Source: Candidatus Bathyarchaeum tardum (lineage in GTDB: Archaea > Thermoproteota > Bathyarchaeia > Bathyarchaeales > Bathyarchaeaceae). Taken from it: a stretch of DNA of 64,000 nucleotides. A program made the position numbers and the translations under genes. This document shows, piece after piece, positions 1 to 10,479 of the stretch (position 1 is its first letter; the number at the start of each line of letters is the position of its first letter). The DNA is taken from the NCBI GenBank assembly GCA_024650005.2, contig CP122380.1, positions 544,001-608,000 on the forward strand. The letters are read 5' to 3'. The notes below the pieces were generated by a model, which was not told the origin of the DNA, searched no databases, and saw nothing but the letters and a program-made list of their open reading frames with translations.

Positions 1-1779
1 CTTGGTGGTGATGAAGACTTCACTAACGTGGCTGATACAGTACTTACCGTTGTTGATAATGGTAAAGGAGTACTTTCTGGTTCCTTAAATGGCGTAGACG
101 TTTTAACTGCCTCATATGATGGTACAGTTAATGTAACTGTTACAGGTACAATTAACTATGCTACAGGTGCAGTCACCCTTACCGCTACTGGAATAGATGG
201 AGATATTGCTGGTGATGACGCAGTAACTAATATTGTAATATTGGTTGATGCAGCTGATGTAGCTTATGAATATGCTCAATATGATGTGACTCCTGCAGCT
301 GGCGTAGAAACTAGTGAACTAGGCTCTTTTAGTACTAGTATAATGATTCCTGCAATTACTGTCGCCAATTATGGTAATTATCTGTTCACTGCAATTGACT
401 CTGATGGAAATCAAGTAAGCCCAGCACCAGTAAATTACATATCAGTTAACTACTACATCATTGCAAGCCCAACATCGGGTCCTGCTGGCATTACTGTCAA
501 CCTATCTGGTAGAATTCCAGCAAGCACTGCTTATGAAATCAGACTTGGTTCAACAACAATCGCTACTGGAACTTCAGGTGCTGATACTACATTCACTCAA
601 ACTCATGTAATATCTGCATTCCTTGCAGTAACTACTCACACTTTCTCAGTTGTTTGGGGTGTAACTAATGTCCGAACAGCAGATTTTGAAGTTACTAATG
701 CTCCTCAGATTGCATTGTCTTCAGCTTCAGGAATGGCTGGTCAAGTCATTACCATTAGCAGTGTAACAGGCTATCCTTTCATTAGGGGTGCTGACCTTAC
801 TTTGCTCATTAATGGTGTTGTTGTAAACAGTACTGAACTGGATGATCGCTTTGGTCCAACCAGTGCATCTACTGGATACTTCACTGACTTAGAATTTACA
901 GTCCCATCCCTTGCTCCAGCAACCTACACACTTGAACTTAGAGACTCATATGGTGCAACAACTGGAAACCAGTATACATTCACTGTTACCGCAACTCCAA
1001 CAACTTCAGTTTCACTGAGTGGAACAAGCTATTATGTTGGTGACACTATAAGCTTCGTCATTTCAACTACTGATGCTAGCACTACTAACGTTGACGTTAC
1101 CATTCGTAGCCCAACTGGTGCAGTATGGTGGACAGCTGATAACTGGGTTCTAACTGGAACTGCAGTTCGAACAGTACTCTTCCAAGATCAACTATATGGA
1201 AGTGCAGGCGTTCGTGCAACTTTGCCCGACGATGCTCCTCTGGGCTCTTGGAACTGGACCGTTACATACAGCAACTCTGCTAAAGCAGTTAACAAAGCAA
1301 CTGGCTTGTTCACTGTTGCCGCAAAAGCTACCTTAGACACTGTCACTGCTGACATTGCAGACTTAGTTGATGAAATCTCTGACATATCTGGTGACATTGC
1401 AACAATCAGAACAAATGTAAATAACGTCAGAAACTTGATCGAAGCCTTGGACATTGACATTCCAGACATGACCGCACTAACCAATGACATTGCCTCTTTG
1501 AAGGTATCTGTTAATTCACTTGACGCTGTTGTAACAGCAATCGCTGGTGACGTAGCTACTGTTGACACTAAAATAGGAACACTCACTGGAACTATCACAA
1601 GCATTGATGGCGATATCGCAACAATCCAAACTGATGTTGGTACACTACAAGCAGACCTTAGTGACGTTAAAGCTAACGTTGACAATACACCCGCATGGAT
1701 CGCAGTAGTACTTGCTCTGGTTGCAGCTGTAGCAGCAATCTTTGCTGTTATTACTATCCGCCAAAAAATCGCAGGCTAA
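1..1779 (+). CDS. S-layer/cell-surface protein, C-terminal part (Thr-rich beta domains, coiled-coil stalk, C-terminal TM anchor); 5' truncated by window edge
   Basis: Frame is open from base 1. T/G/V-rich beta-type sequence, heptad stalk (IATIQTDVGTLQADL), TM PAWIAVVLALVAAVAAIFAVITI followed by RQK, then a poly-T tract. Confidence 0.8.
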   Translation, partial: LGGDEDFTNVADTVLTVVDNGKGVLSGSLNGVDVLTASYDGTVNVTVTGTINYATGAVTLTATGIDGDIAGDDAVTNIVILVDAADVAYEYAQYDVTPAAGVETSELGSFSTSIMIPAITVANYGNYLFTAIDSDGNQVSPAPVNYISVNYYIIASPTSGPAGITVNLSGRIPASTAYEIRLGSTTIATGTSGADTTFTQTHVISAFLAVTTHTFSVVWGVTNVRTADFEVTNAPQIALSSASGMAGQVITISSVTGYPFIRGADLTLLINGVVVNSTELDDRFGPTSASTGYFTDLEFTVPSLAPATYTLELRDSYGATTGNQYTFTVTATPTTSVSLSGTSYYVGDTISFVISTTDASTTNVDVTIRSPTGAVWWTADNWVLTGTAVRTVLFQDQLYGSAGVRATLPDDAPLGSWNWTVTYSNSAKAVNKATGLFTVAAKATLDTVTADIADLVDEISDISGDIATIRTNVNNVRNLIEALDIDIPDMTALTNDIASLKVSVNSLDAVVTAIAGDVATVDTKIGTLTGTITSIDGDIATIQTDVGTLQADLSDVKANVDNTPAWIAVVLALVAAVAAIFAVITIRQKIAG

Positions 1780-1922
1780 AATCAACAACCCTTTAGGGAA
1801 TTTTTTCCCTCTCTCTTTTTTTGTTTTATTTTCTAAACAGCTTATGTTGTAAATTTTTTTTGTATACTTTTCCCGAAAATCTTATACCGTATGAAATGCG
1901 ATACTTTTACGGGTGTTTGATT

Positions 1923-2606
1923 TTGCAGTTTCTAAAACATATTAAAGTTAGGCAAGTTGAAAACAGACCTGAAGATGCATGGTATGATATGAGCCTTCGC
2001 CAGTTGCGAACTGGAGAAGTGATTTTTTATCGCGTTAACGATTTTCTTACAGGGGAATGGCTTTTCAAGCTTTGTAAAGATAATGAACTTGGAAAAATTA
2101 CTTTAAAAGCTGTGAAGTGTCCTGCTGGAATGTTTTTTTCTCAATTAGAAGGAAAATCAATGTTGTTTCAAGATAGTAGAATTGATGGAATGTTATATGA
2201 CGTTCTTTCTTTGACTGAGTTGGATGACAAACGCAAACTTAAACGAAATGTTGTTTCAACTATTGATGAAGTTCCTGCGATAATTAAAGAAAACTATGAA
2301 ATCAAATCTTATGAAGAAGCAACTGGCAAAAAAGCACCTGGAAAATATCTGGTGACTTTGCACAAAAAGAATAATGAAAAAGAACTTGTTACCCTTTTTG
2401 TTCTTGAGCGTGCATGGGGGCTTTCAGAAATATCTCCTGAAGAAAAGCTAAACAAAAAACAAGAAACTGCAAAAACCAAAAAGGTGACAAAAAAAGAAGT
2501 TGACACTGGACATGATCTGGTTTGTCCAATTTGTGGCAAGACCCATAGGCTAGTGCATGTGGAAACAGAAAAATCTGTTAAACATGTGTTACGAAAAACG
2601 ACTTAG
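1923..2606 (+). CDS. Hypothetical protein with C-terminal zinc-finger-like motif (CPICGKTHRLVH)
   Basis: Long ORF. Likely start is TTG 1923 after GGGTG; the track start at 1821 lies in the upstream terminator. Confidence 0.7.
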   Translation: MQFLKHIKVRQVENRPEDAWYDMSLRQLRTGEVIFYRVNDFLTGEWLFKLCKDNELGKITLKAVKCPAGMFFSQLEGKSMLFQDSRIDGMLYDVLSLTELDDKRKLKRNVVSTIDEVPAIIKENYEIKSYEEATGKKAPGKYLVTLHKKNNEKELVTLFVLERAWGLSEISPEEKLNKKQETAKTKKVTKKEVDTGHDLVCPICGKTHRLVHVETEKSVKHVLRKTT

Positions 2607-2652
2607 TTGTTTGGCACAGAACTTTTTATGCTTTTTTCTGGTATTTTGTTGT

Positions 2653-3702
2653 TTATTTTTGTGTCCTTTCGTCGATCTGTTTGCAGATTTTTTCGACAAC
2701 TTCTACGTTTTCGTATCCCATTTCTGGAGTGACTAGGGGGTCACCGTTTCCTGATATGCTGTCTACAAACGATTTGATTATTCTGGCGTGGGAAATGCTG
2801 TAATTTCGAGGTCCTGTTCTTTTCTTTATGATGTTTTTCAAATAAGCGCCCCAGATTTTGGCTTGTTGGGTGACGTTGCCAAAATGTAGTACTCCTCGTC
2901 CGGGTTTTGAAACAAGCAGGCTGCTTACTGGGTAAATGTCTGCGTGGATTGTTCCGCTTGTGCCGTAGATATCTGTGTGAACAACAGTTCGGTCGTGGCC
3001 TGAAGCATTAAAGCTAATGTGGATTGTTCCGAACTTGTTTTTTTCTGCTTCTAGCATCACTCGTAATTCGTCTATGGGCATCCACGGATTGGGACCGAGT
3101 TTATCGGTTAGCACTGATTTTATTTTTAGATCCCCTAGAAACCCTTGTAGCAAATAAACCGGGTGGGGCAAGTTTTCTCCAAATCTGCCTCCTGGAAGTT
3201 TGTGGCACCAATGATTTTTGTCACCAGCCATTATTTCATCGGGGCTGTGCAAAACAGAGACGTCCATGCCTATTACTTGGCCGATTTCTCCGGATTTGAC
3301 TTTTTTCATGGCACTGAAAATTGAATGCTCAAAGAGTTGACTATGGATTATGGTCATTTTTCCTGAAGTTTTTTGAAGCACGCCCATTAATTTTTCTGCG
3401 TCTTCCGTGTTTATGGTAAATGGTTTTTCAACTACTATGTTGCAGTTTGATTTTAGGGCTTCTATTGCTACGTCTGCGTGAAATTTTGGTGGAACACAAA
3501 CAGAGATTGCAGAAAGGTTTTCTTTTTTTAACATTTCAGGCAAACTAGTGTAATATGCTGGAATTTTCCAGTTTTTGGTGAATTCTTTAGCTAATTTTTC
3601 GTTCAGGTCACAAGCTGCGGTTACTGTCACTCCGGCGTCTCTCCATGCGTTAACATGTATGCCAGAAATGAATCCGCAGCCGACTACTCCCACTTTTATC
3701 AT
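2653..3702 (-). CDS. Gfo/Idh/MocA family oxidoreductase
   Basis: N-terminal KVGVVGCGFIS, VCVPPKFH, VVEKPF motifs. Confidence 0.9.
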   Translation of the reverse strand: MIKVGVVGCGFISGIHVNAWRDAGVTVTAACDLNEKLAKEFTKNWKIPAYYTSLPEMLKKENLSAISVCVPPKFHADVAIEALKSNCNIVVEKPFTINTEDAEKLMGVLQKTSGKMTIIHSQLFEHSIFSAMKKVKSGEIGQVIGMDVSVLHSPDEIMAGDKNHWCHKLPGGRFGENLPHPVYLLQGFLGDLKIKSVLTDKLGPNPWMPIDELRVMLEAEKNKFGTIHISFNASGHDRTVVHTDIYGTSGTIHADIYPVSSLLVSKPGRGVLHFGNVTQQAKIWGAYLKNIIKKRTGPRNYSISHARIIKSFVDSISGNGDPLVTPEMGYENVEVVEKICKQIDERTQK

Positions 3703-3931
3703 GAACTTTTTCCACCTTTTCATCAAATAATTAATCTAATAAAAAAGAGTATCTCAACCTGAAGAAATCGTTTCATTGTGTTGCTATGCTTTTGAGAAAG
3801 TTGGTGAATCAGGAGTTTTGATTTTGAATTGATTTGTGTTTTTTCCGTAATATTAAAATATGTATTGTGTAGTAATATTTAATACTAGTTTGGAGCATGC
3901 CAAACTAAATTATGCTTAGAATGGTGAAACC

Positions 3932-4066
3932 ATGAAAAACACAACAAATTGGCAACTTTATAACGTCAATGATTCTGGAAAAACCAGTAAAAAATCCCTT
4001 GACTCAGAAATTGAAGATAAAGAACTTCTAAGAAAACTTAAACTCGTAGAAAAAGCCTTCAAATAA
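3932..4066 (+). CDS. Small hypothetical protein (44 aa, MKNTTNWQLY...KAFK), below the ORF-track cutoff
   Basis: ATG preceded by GGTGA SD-like site, clean ORF, followed by a T-rich tract. Confidence 0.5.
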   Translation: MKNTTNWQLYNVNDSGKTSKKSLDSEIEDKELLRKLKLVEKAFK

Positions 4067-4328
4067 TTTTCCGTTTTTGATTTTCACTTTTGAGTGATTA
4101 GCTGTTTATTATTACAGGCTAATTGCTGCCGTTTTTTATTTCTTGTTGTATTTGAAAGTATGCAACTTTTTGTTCCCTTTTTGCAGCTTTGGATTTTGGT
4201 TAGAACTGGGTTAAATTCTGAAAAAACTGTTTATAAAACGGGTCAGGGCTGTTTTTTGTTTCCTATGATGAGGTCTAACCAAGAAACTATAGAACCGCGA
4301 TTGCATTAATATTGGAAAACATGATTAA

Positions 4329-4474
4329 TGGCGCCGAGGGAGGGATTTGAACCCTCGCGACCCAATGGATCACAGGCTTTCCGTAGTCGGAGAAGTTCCA
4401 GGCTTATGCTTCCAAAGATGGAATCTGCTCCCTACCAGATTTCCCGCAACAGTGTTGCTCTAGGAGACCTCGGC
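4329..4474 (-). tRNA. tRNA-Ser(GGA) with three introns (4440-4459, 4404-4424, ~4379-4395); CCA encoded
   Basis: Removing three segments gives GCCGAGG/CCTCGGC acceptor, discriminator G, CAGGC-CTGGAAA-GCCTG anticodon arm, long variable arm GATCC/GGGTC and GAGGG-TTCAAAT-CCCTC T arm. Confidence 0.85.
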
Positions 4475-4530
4475 ACAACTGTAGAATAGCAACAGACCTG
4501 TTTTTTAGTCTTTTCGGAAAAAATCAAAAA

Positions 4531-5553
4531 CTACTGGTTACTATGCCACTTTTTGGGATAAATTCCCCGTGGCATCATCACTCTTTCTGTTTTTGCCACA
4601 AATCCATGGTCCATTTTCATTACATTTTCCGTAGATACTACTGCTTTTGCTAAACTGATTGCTTCCCCTTTTTGAGTTAAAACTGCAACAGTATCATCAA
4701 TTTTAATTCCAGCATCCAATGCTAACACTCCGGGAGCTGTTAGATGTGCTCCATGGCATAGCGCGTCTACTGCAGTGTCTCGCACGTAGATTTTAGGCAA
4801 TTGTATGAGGGCTTTTTCCATGGGCGAAACAAATTTTCTGAGTATGTTTTCATCTTTTGTTTCTTGCCATTTGCTGTACAAATATGATATGTCATGAAGC
4901 GTGACTAGACTTTCGTCTTCAGTGAAAGGTCCAACCCGTGTTCTACGCAGTTCTTGCATGTGGGCGCCACATCCTAGGACTTCACCGATGTCGTAGCAGA
5001 GTTTTCGTATGTAAGTTCCTGCTTCGCAGCCAACCTTGAAAAGGACACTTTTTTCTTTCATTTCGATAAAGTCGTTGTAGTAGACTGTTCGTATTCTTAA
5101 TTGCCGTTTAACTGCAGAACGAACAGGGGGTCTTTGGTAAAGTGGACCTTGAAATTCTTCTAGAACCTGTTTTACTTTTTGTTCGGAAACTTGAGAATGT
5201 AGCCTCATAACGCAGACGTATTCTTTGCCTGCAAGTAACAGTGCCTGAATGACTTTTGTAGCATCATCTAGGGCATGCGGTAAAACACCAGTTACTTTGG
5301 GATTTCCCCGGCTAAATTAAGCCTCAAGGGTCCCGCCGTGACCAGCGCGTTCAAGACCAAGGATACGTTTTAACCATGCTGTAACTTCGTGGCTTGATGG
5401 TCCAGCAGGCTTGTCCACGTTGATTATGCCAAATCGTATGTATTCTTTTATCGGGCGTTCTTCAGGTTTGTGCCCAAAATTAGGGTCGGTTGGTTCCTCA
5501 GTCTTGATTACCAAACTTCGTTTAATTTCCCACGGTTCGTTAATTCTTCGCAT
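4531..5553 (-). CDS. cbf5: H/ACA RNA-guided pseudouridine synthase Cbf5; two exons (5553-5325, 5303-4531), ~333 aa spliced
   Basis: [11 protein letters not shown]; GHGGTLD-PKVTGVL after splicing; [11 protein letters not shown]; C-terminal PUA domain. Confidence 0.95.
5304..5324 (-). other. 21-nt BHB intron in the catalytic Asp codon of cbf5
   Basis: GGGA CCCT TG|A GGCT-TAATTT-AGCC GGGG AA|A TCCC forms a canonical helix-bulge-4bp helix-bulge-helix. Contains an in-frame TAA. Confidence 0.95.
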
Positions 5554-5593
5554 AACATTTCTCCAAAAAGGAAAAAAGAGTTAGGTCGGGCGG

Positions 5594-5854
5594 TTATTGC
5601 ATTGAATCCAGTTTCCCTGCTGCCTTTAGTGCCTCAGTGATTTCGTCGTCAGTTGCGCCTCGTTTTATTTCAACAGATTCTTTGGTTGGCTGTAGATGCT
5701 CAACGTTTGAGCGTCTTCGTTTTACTCCGTTAACTGCTTTTGGTCCGGTGATTAATGCAAAGTTCTTGTCCACTACGTCAACGATAACGCATTTTTTTCC
5801 TGCTTCACGCCCTACAATTTTAACGCAAATTTTTCCTACTTCTATTGCAGGCAA
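5594..5854 (-). CDS. rpl14e: 50S ribosomal protein L14e
   Basis: [26 protein letters not shown]...GVKRRR; sits upstream of cbf5. Confidence 0.95.
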   Translation of the reverse strand: MPAIEVGKICVKIVGREAGKKCVIVDVVDKNFALITGPKAVNGVKRRRSNVEHLQPTKESVEIKRGATDDEITEALKAAGKLDSMQ

Positions 5855-6053
5855 TTTAAACCCTCGCCACTTTGACTAGGAGTACACATGTTTATACTTT
5901 ACTCATGCAAATGAAAACCCAATTAAGTTAATTGCCATTTGTTAATGTTGTTTTGTCCAACTCTTTTTAATATGGGTTTTTAGTGAATAAATTTTTTCCA
6001 AAAATATATTTGAAATTCAGAATGGTTTTATTTTCATAATCCGAATCAGACTT

Positions 6054-6128
6054 GAGCGCACGCAGATTTCATAATAGTTTAACATCAGCGTTTCCACGAA
6101 CTATTTTGCCCCTTCGTTGCGTGCGCTC
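6054..6128. ncRNA. Candidate structured RNA (unknown family)
   Basis: GC-rich perfect 11-bp stem GAGCGCACGCA/TGCGTGCGCTC, inner 7-bp stem, and a CGT-GGAA-ACG GNRA hairpin on the minus strand, in an AT-rich intergenic region. Confidence 0.45.
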
Positions 6129-6492
6129 CTACCCTAGATTTATTTTTTAGAAAACATATGAACAAAAGATGTTATTCTTATTTTTTCAAAAAAAGGCAGT
6201 TTCCAATATTAAAGTTCTATTAGTAATAGCATGTTCAAGCATGAATGACAGTTTATGATTTAATCAATTATTTTTTGCAAAAACGGATTTTTAGTCTAAT
6301 TGCGATTCCAAGGCAAATGAAAACTGATTTTATTGTTTTCAGGAGCCATTTTTTTGTTTTTCATTTATTTACTCGTCTAACGAATTGATGTTATTGTTGC
6401 ACGGTTTCCATGATATTCTAGTTTTTTTCATTATTTTATAATGAGAACAATGTGGTTATCTTTTTAGCTGTTGCTCCTGTTATACTTGCTAG

Positions 6493-7338
6493 ATGGTTAA
6501 GTTGACTGTTTTTGTAACCAAATTTGATGGAACTAAACAGCCCTATAGCAGAGCAAAAATTGTGAAGACTTGTATGCGTATGGGTGTTTCTAGGCAAGTT
6601 GCTGAATCGATTGCAGCTGAGATTGAAACTAAACTGTTTGATGGCATTGAAACGAAGAAAATTCTTCAAATGATTTTCAAGAAATTGAAAAGACACAAAC
6701 CTGTGGTTAAACATCAAATTGATTTGCGTAGGGCTTTGGGTTTGTTACGTTCTGCCCCTGATTTTGAGCTTTTTGTGCAGTTGCTTTTGTCTGAACATGG
6801 TTACGATGTTACTGCTAACCGAATTGTTCGTGGGATGTGTGTGGAACATGAGGTTGATGGAATTGTTCGTAGGGATGGGGAAACTGCCATTTTGGAAGTA
6901 AAACACCATTCTAACCATCATACTCCAACAAATTTGGATGTAAGCAGAATTTCTCGAGCAGTTTTTGAAGATTTGACCGAAGGCTACGATCATGGTTTTA
7001 ATGACTTGAAAATAGATTATGCTATGATTGTTTGCAACACTAAACTGACTGATCACGCCAAGCGTTACGCTGATTGCAGAAGAATTAAACACGTTGGATG
7101 GAGTTCACCGAAAGATCATGATTTGCAGACGATGATTGAAGAAAAAAAGTTTTATCCTGTGACTTATTTGAGGGGCTTAACTGTTGATTCTCGGAACCGT
7201 TTAACTTCAAGGGGGATAGTTGCCCTAAAACAGTTGGTTGAAGAAAAGCCACAAACTTTATGGGCTCAAACAAGAATTGCTCGTGATAAACTTGAATTGA
7301 TTGTAAGTAAAGCGCAACAGGTGCTTTCTGCAAATTAG
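6493..7338 (+). CDS. ATP-cone domain plus Mrr-like PD-(D/E)XK endonuclease domain protein
   Basis: VTKFDGTKQPYSRAKI (ATP cone); HEVDG...ILEVKHH nuclease motif. Confidence 0.85.
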   Translation: MVKLTVFVTKFDGTKQPYSRAKIVKTCMRMGVSRQVAESIAAEIETKLFDGIETKKILQMIFKKLKRHKPVVKHQIDLRRALGLLRSAPDFELFVQLLLSEHGYDVTANRIVRGMCVEHEVDGIVRRDGETAILEVKHHSNHHTPTNLDVSRISRAVFEDLTEGYDHGFNDLKIDYAMIVCNTKLTDHAKRYADCRRIKHVGWSSPKDHDLQTMIEEKKFYPVTYLRGLTVDSRNRLTSRGIVALKQLVEEKPQTLWAQTRIARDKLELIVSKAQQVLSAN

Positions 7339-7413
7339 TTTCTATTCGTTTTTGAATTTGGATTTTGTATGCGCTAACTTTATTAGCGTGATTATTATGA
7401 CTTAATAGTTAAT

Positions 7414-7662
7414 ATGTTAATGCTTCGGGAAACGATTCCGTGTGCAGAACCTCATTGCAAACATAAAATGAGGCTTGTTTTCAAAAATGAACGATATGTT
7501 GGTTACCGATGTCTTTTGAAACCAAACAGCCATAACTTCAGATATGACATCCAAAATCAAAGATGGGAAATACTAATAATCAAAACAAAACCAATATTAT
7601 GTTACAAAGAATCACCTTATTCGCGCCCTGCAGAAGGCGAAGTAATGGTTGACCCAATTTAG
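7414..7662 (+). CDS. Small Cys/His-containing hypothetical protein
   Basis: 82-aa ORF with CxxxxC...CxxxxxxH, a possible Zn site. Confidence 0.55.
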   Translation: MLMLRETIPCAEPHCKHKMRLVFKNERYVGYRCLLKPNSHNFRYDIQNQRWEILIIKTKPILCYKESPYSRPAEGEVMVDPI

Positions 7663-7771
7663 GTTAAATCAAAACCAGACTGTTTATGCTTAAGGTTTTT
7701 ATGTGAGTTCTGCAATCTGGACTGTTTAAATATAAGAACTCTAACAATAGAGTAACTAGAGGACAACAAGC

Positions 7772-8212
7772 ATGGGTTCTAAATCACCTAAAGGCGAACT
7801 TGCGGCAAGAAAACTACTTGCAAAAAGGAAAAAATTCAGATGGAAAGACTTGTACTATAAACGCCGCACATTACGATTGGATGTTAAATCAGACCCACTA
7901 AAGGGCGCTCCAATGGCTCGAGGAATTGTACTTGAAAAAGTAGGAATTGAAAGCAAACAGCCAAACAGTGCAGTACGCAAATGTGTACGCACACAACTTA
8001 TCAAGAACGGCAGGGTCATAACTGCGTTCCTGCCTGGAGACGGTGCATTAAACGTAGTTGATGAACACGACGAAGTAGTCGTCGAAGGAATCAGCGGTTC
8101 CCGTGGAGGAGCCATGGGTGACCTTCCAGGTGTTCGATGGAAAGTATCAACCATTAATGGAGTTTCCCTTAATGAGTTGGTTCTGGGCAAAAAAGAAAAA
8201 CCCATGCGCTAA
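7772..8212 (+). CDS. rps12: 30S ribosomal protein S12 (uS12)
   Basis: [29 protein letters not shown]. Confidence 0.98.
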   Translation: MGSKSPKGELAARKLLAKRKKFRWKDLYYKRRTLRLDVKSDPLKGAPMARGIVLEKVGIESKQPNSAVRKCVRTQLIKNGRVITAFLPGDGALNVVDEHDEVVVEGISGSRGGAMGDLPGVRWKVSTINGVSLNELVLGKKEKPMR

Positions 8213-8224
8213 AAATTTGTTAAG

Positions 8225-8809
8225 GTGTCTCGTTTGAGCAAAATGGAAGAAATCAAACTATTCGGAAAATGGAGCTTTGAAGGCGTCGGCGTAGAAGACC
8301 CTGGACTTAAGCAATACATTTCAGTTAAACCAATTTACATTCCCCACAGCATGGGACGACACGAACACGGAAAATTCCGTAAAGCCAAAGTCAGCATAGT
8401 TGAACGACTAATAAACAATCTTATGCGCCCTGGCAGCAGTGCAGGAAAAAAAACTCGTGCAATAACCTTGCTGAGGAACGCGTTCGAAATAATTAGTGTT
8501 CAAACTGGACAAAACCCTGTTCAAGTTCTTATAACTGCAGTAGAAAACACTGCTCCGGGAGAAGATACTACACGTATTAGTTTCGGTGGTATTGCTTATC
8601 ATCAAGCAGTAGACATTTCCCCTCAAAGACGCGTTGACATTGCATTAAGGTTCCTTTCTGAAGGTGCACGAAATCAATCCTTTGGTAATCCAAAAGCTTT
8701 GGACGAATATCTTGCTGAAGAATTGATTTTGGCTTCCAGAAACGACGTTAAAAGTTATGCCGTCAAAAAGCGCAACGAAATGGAACGCATCGCACGATCT
8801 TCACGCTAA
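8225..8809 (+). CDS. rps7: 30S ribosomal protein S7 (uS7)
   Basis: IKLFGKW, AVDISPQRRVD, ERIARSSR. Confidence 0.97.
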   Translation: MSRLSKMEEIKLFGKWSFEGVGVEDPGLKQYISVKPIYIPHSMGRHEHGKFRKAKVSIVERLINNLMRPGSSAGKKTRAITLLRNAFEIISVQTGQNPVQVLITAVENTAPGEDTTRISFGGIAYHQAVDISPQRRVDIALRFLSEGARNQSFGNPKALDEYLAEELILASRNDVKSYAVKKRNEMERIARSSR

Positions 8810-8947
8810 ATCTTTGTGTGTTGCATGTTATCCGTAAAGAATACAGTTGAATTAGTTAGAGAACTCTTTCAAAAAGTTAAAATAACTGAACCAACTGTTC
8901 TCTCTACGAATCACACTCATAAAGAGTAAAAAGGAGAACAAAAAGAA

Positions 8948-10249
8948 ATGAGTAACAAAGAGAAACCCCATCTGAACTTGGTGGTTATTGGTCACATCGA
9001 CCACGGAAAATCAACAACCGTAGGTCACCTTTTCTCTCTGACCGGTGCAGTTGACGAGAGAACTACAAGAGCCTACGAAGAAGAAGCCAAAAAACTAGGA
9101 AAAGAAACATTCAAGTTTGCATGGGTATTGGATAAGCTCAAAGAAGAAAGAGAACGTGGTATGACCATCGATGTTGCATACCTCAAATTTGAAACTCCAA
9201 AATATCAATTCACTATCATTGACGCACCAGGACACCGTGATTTCGTAAAGAACATGATTACCGGTGCAAGCCAATCAGATTGTGCAATTCTTCTCATTTC
9301 TGCAAAACGAGGAGAATTCGAAGCAGGAATTGGTTCTGGCGGACAAACCCGTGAGCACGCCTTCTTGGCTTACACTCTTGGTGTAAACCAGCTTGTCGTT
9401 GCCATCAACAAGATGGATGATGCTTCAGTAAACTGGGGTGAAGAACGTTACATGGAAGTCCGAAATGAAATGGAACGCATGCTGAAAATGTCCGGATTTA
9501 ATCCTTCAAAGATTCACTTTGTTCCAACTTCTGGCTGGACTGGAGACAACCTCGCAAAACGCAGCGAACACATGGACTGGTACAAAGGTCCTACATTGTT
9601 TGAAGCCCTTGACGAAATGGAAGTTCCAGCCAAGCCAACAACAAAACCTTTGAGAATTCCTATTCAGGACATCTACACAATCACTGGAATTGGTTCAGTT
9701 CCTGTAGGTCGTGTTGAAACAGGTGTTCTAAAAGAAGGCGATGAACTAGTTTTCATGCCCGGAAACGTAAAAGGTCAAGTCAAATCAATCGAAACTCACC
9801 ACGTAATGGTTAAACAAGCACTTCCAGGAGACAACATTGGATTCAACGTCAGAGGTATCTCCAAAAAAGATGTCCACCGCGGCGACGTAGCAGGGCATTC
9901 ATCTAACCCTCCCACTGTAGCAAAAGAATTCCTTGGACAAATCATCGTTATACACCACCCAACTGCAATCGCTGCAGGATACTCTCCTGTATTACACTCT
10001 AACACTGGTCAGATCTCATGCAGATTCAAAGAACTAGTTGCAAAACTAGACCCAAGAACTGGTCAAATCGTCGAAAAGAACCCCTCCTTCTTGAAGACTG
10101 GTGACGGTGCAATTGTACGCTTTGAACCTATTCAGCCAATGGCTGTCGAAACCTACAGCGACTTCCCCGAACTAGGACGATTCGCAGTTCGAGACATGGG
10201 CACAACAGTTGCTGCTGGCGTAGTCAAAGAGATTACAGTCAAGGGTTAA
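8948..10249 (+). CDS. tuf: Elongation factor 1-alpha
   Basis: GHIDHGKST, DAPGHRDFVKNM, NKMD, LGRFAVRDMG. Confidence 0.99.
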   Translation: MSNKEKPHLNLVVIGHIDHGKSTTVGHLFSLTGAVDERTTRAYEEEAKKLGKETFKFAWVLDKLKEERERGMTIDVAYLKFETPKYQFTIIDAPGHRDFVKNMITGASQSDCAILLISAKRGEFEAGIGSGGQTREHAFLAYTLGVNQLVVAINKMDDASVNWGEERYMEVRNEMERMLKMSGFNPSKIHFVPTSGWTGDNLAKRSEHMDWYKGPTLFEALDEMEVPAKPTTKPLRIPIQDIYTITGIGSVPVGRVETGVLKEGDELVFMPGNVKGQVKSIETHHVMVKQALPGDNIGFNVRGISKKDVHRGDVAGHSSNPPTVAKEFLGQIIVIHHPTAIAAGYSPVLHSNTGQISCRFKELVAKLDPRTGQIVEKNPSFLKTGDGAIVRFEPIQPMAVETYSDFPELGRFAVRDMGTTVAAGVVKEITVKG

Positions 10250-10479
10250 AGAGACCCTTTTTTTCTTCTCTTTTTTGTTTTATTTCTTCAGGTAACTGAA
10301 TTTTTGAAAAGATGTTTTCAACACTCCACTGTTATTAGTATCGCATTAGCATTTTTAATATGAAATGTGCTTTTGTTTTTTAGGATTTTACTTCATCCCT
10401 TTAGTTCATCGATATATTTTTTTTTAAAAAAAAATTGAAATAATTACAAGATGAATTATGTAAACTTGGGGTTTTTAAT

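Noticed and set aside
5317-5319. Stop-codon readthrough or pseudogene explanation for the in-frame stops in cbf5 and pcm
   Set aside because: Readthrough would leave 7-10 extra residues in conserved motifs and lose the cbf5 catalytic Asp; BHB excision restores both motifs exactly.
6054-6128. c-di-GMP-I riboswitch or C/D box sRNA identity for the hairpin
   Set aside because: Only GGGCAAA and CTGA fragments match; the remaining consensus elements are absent.
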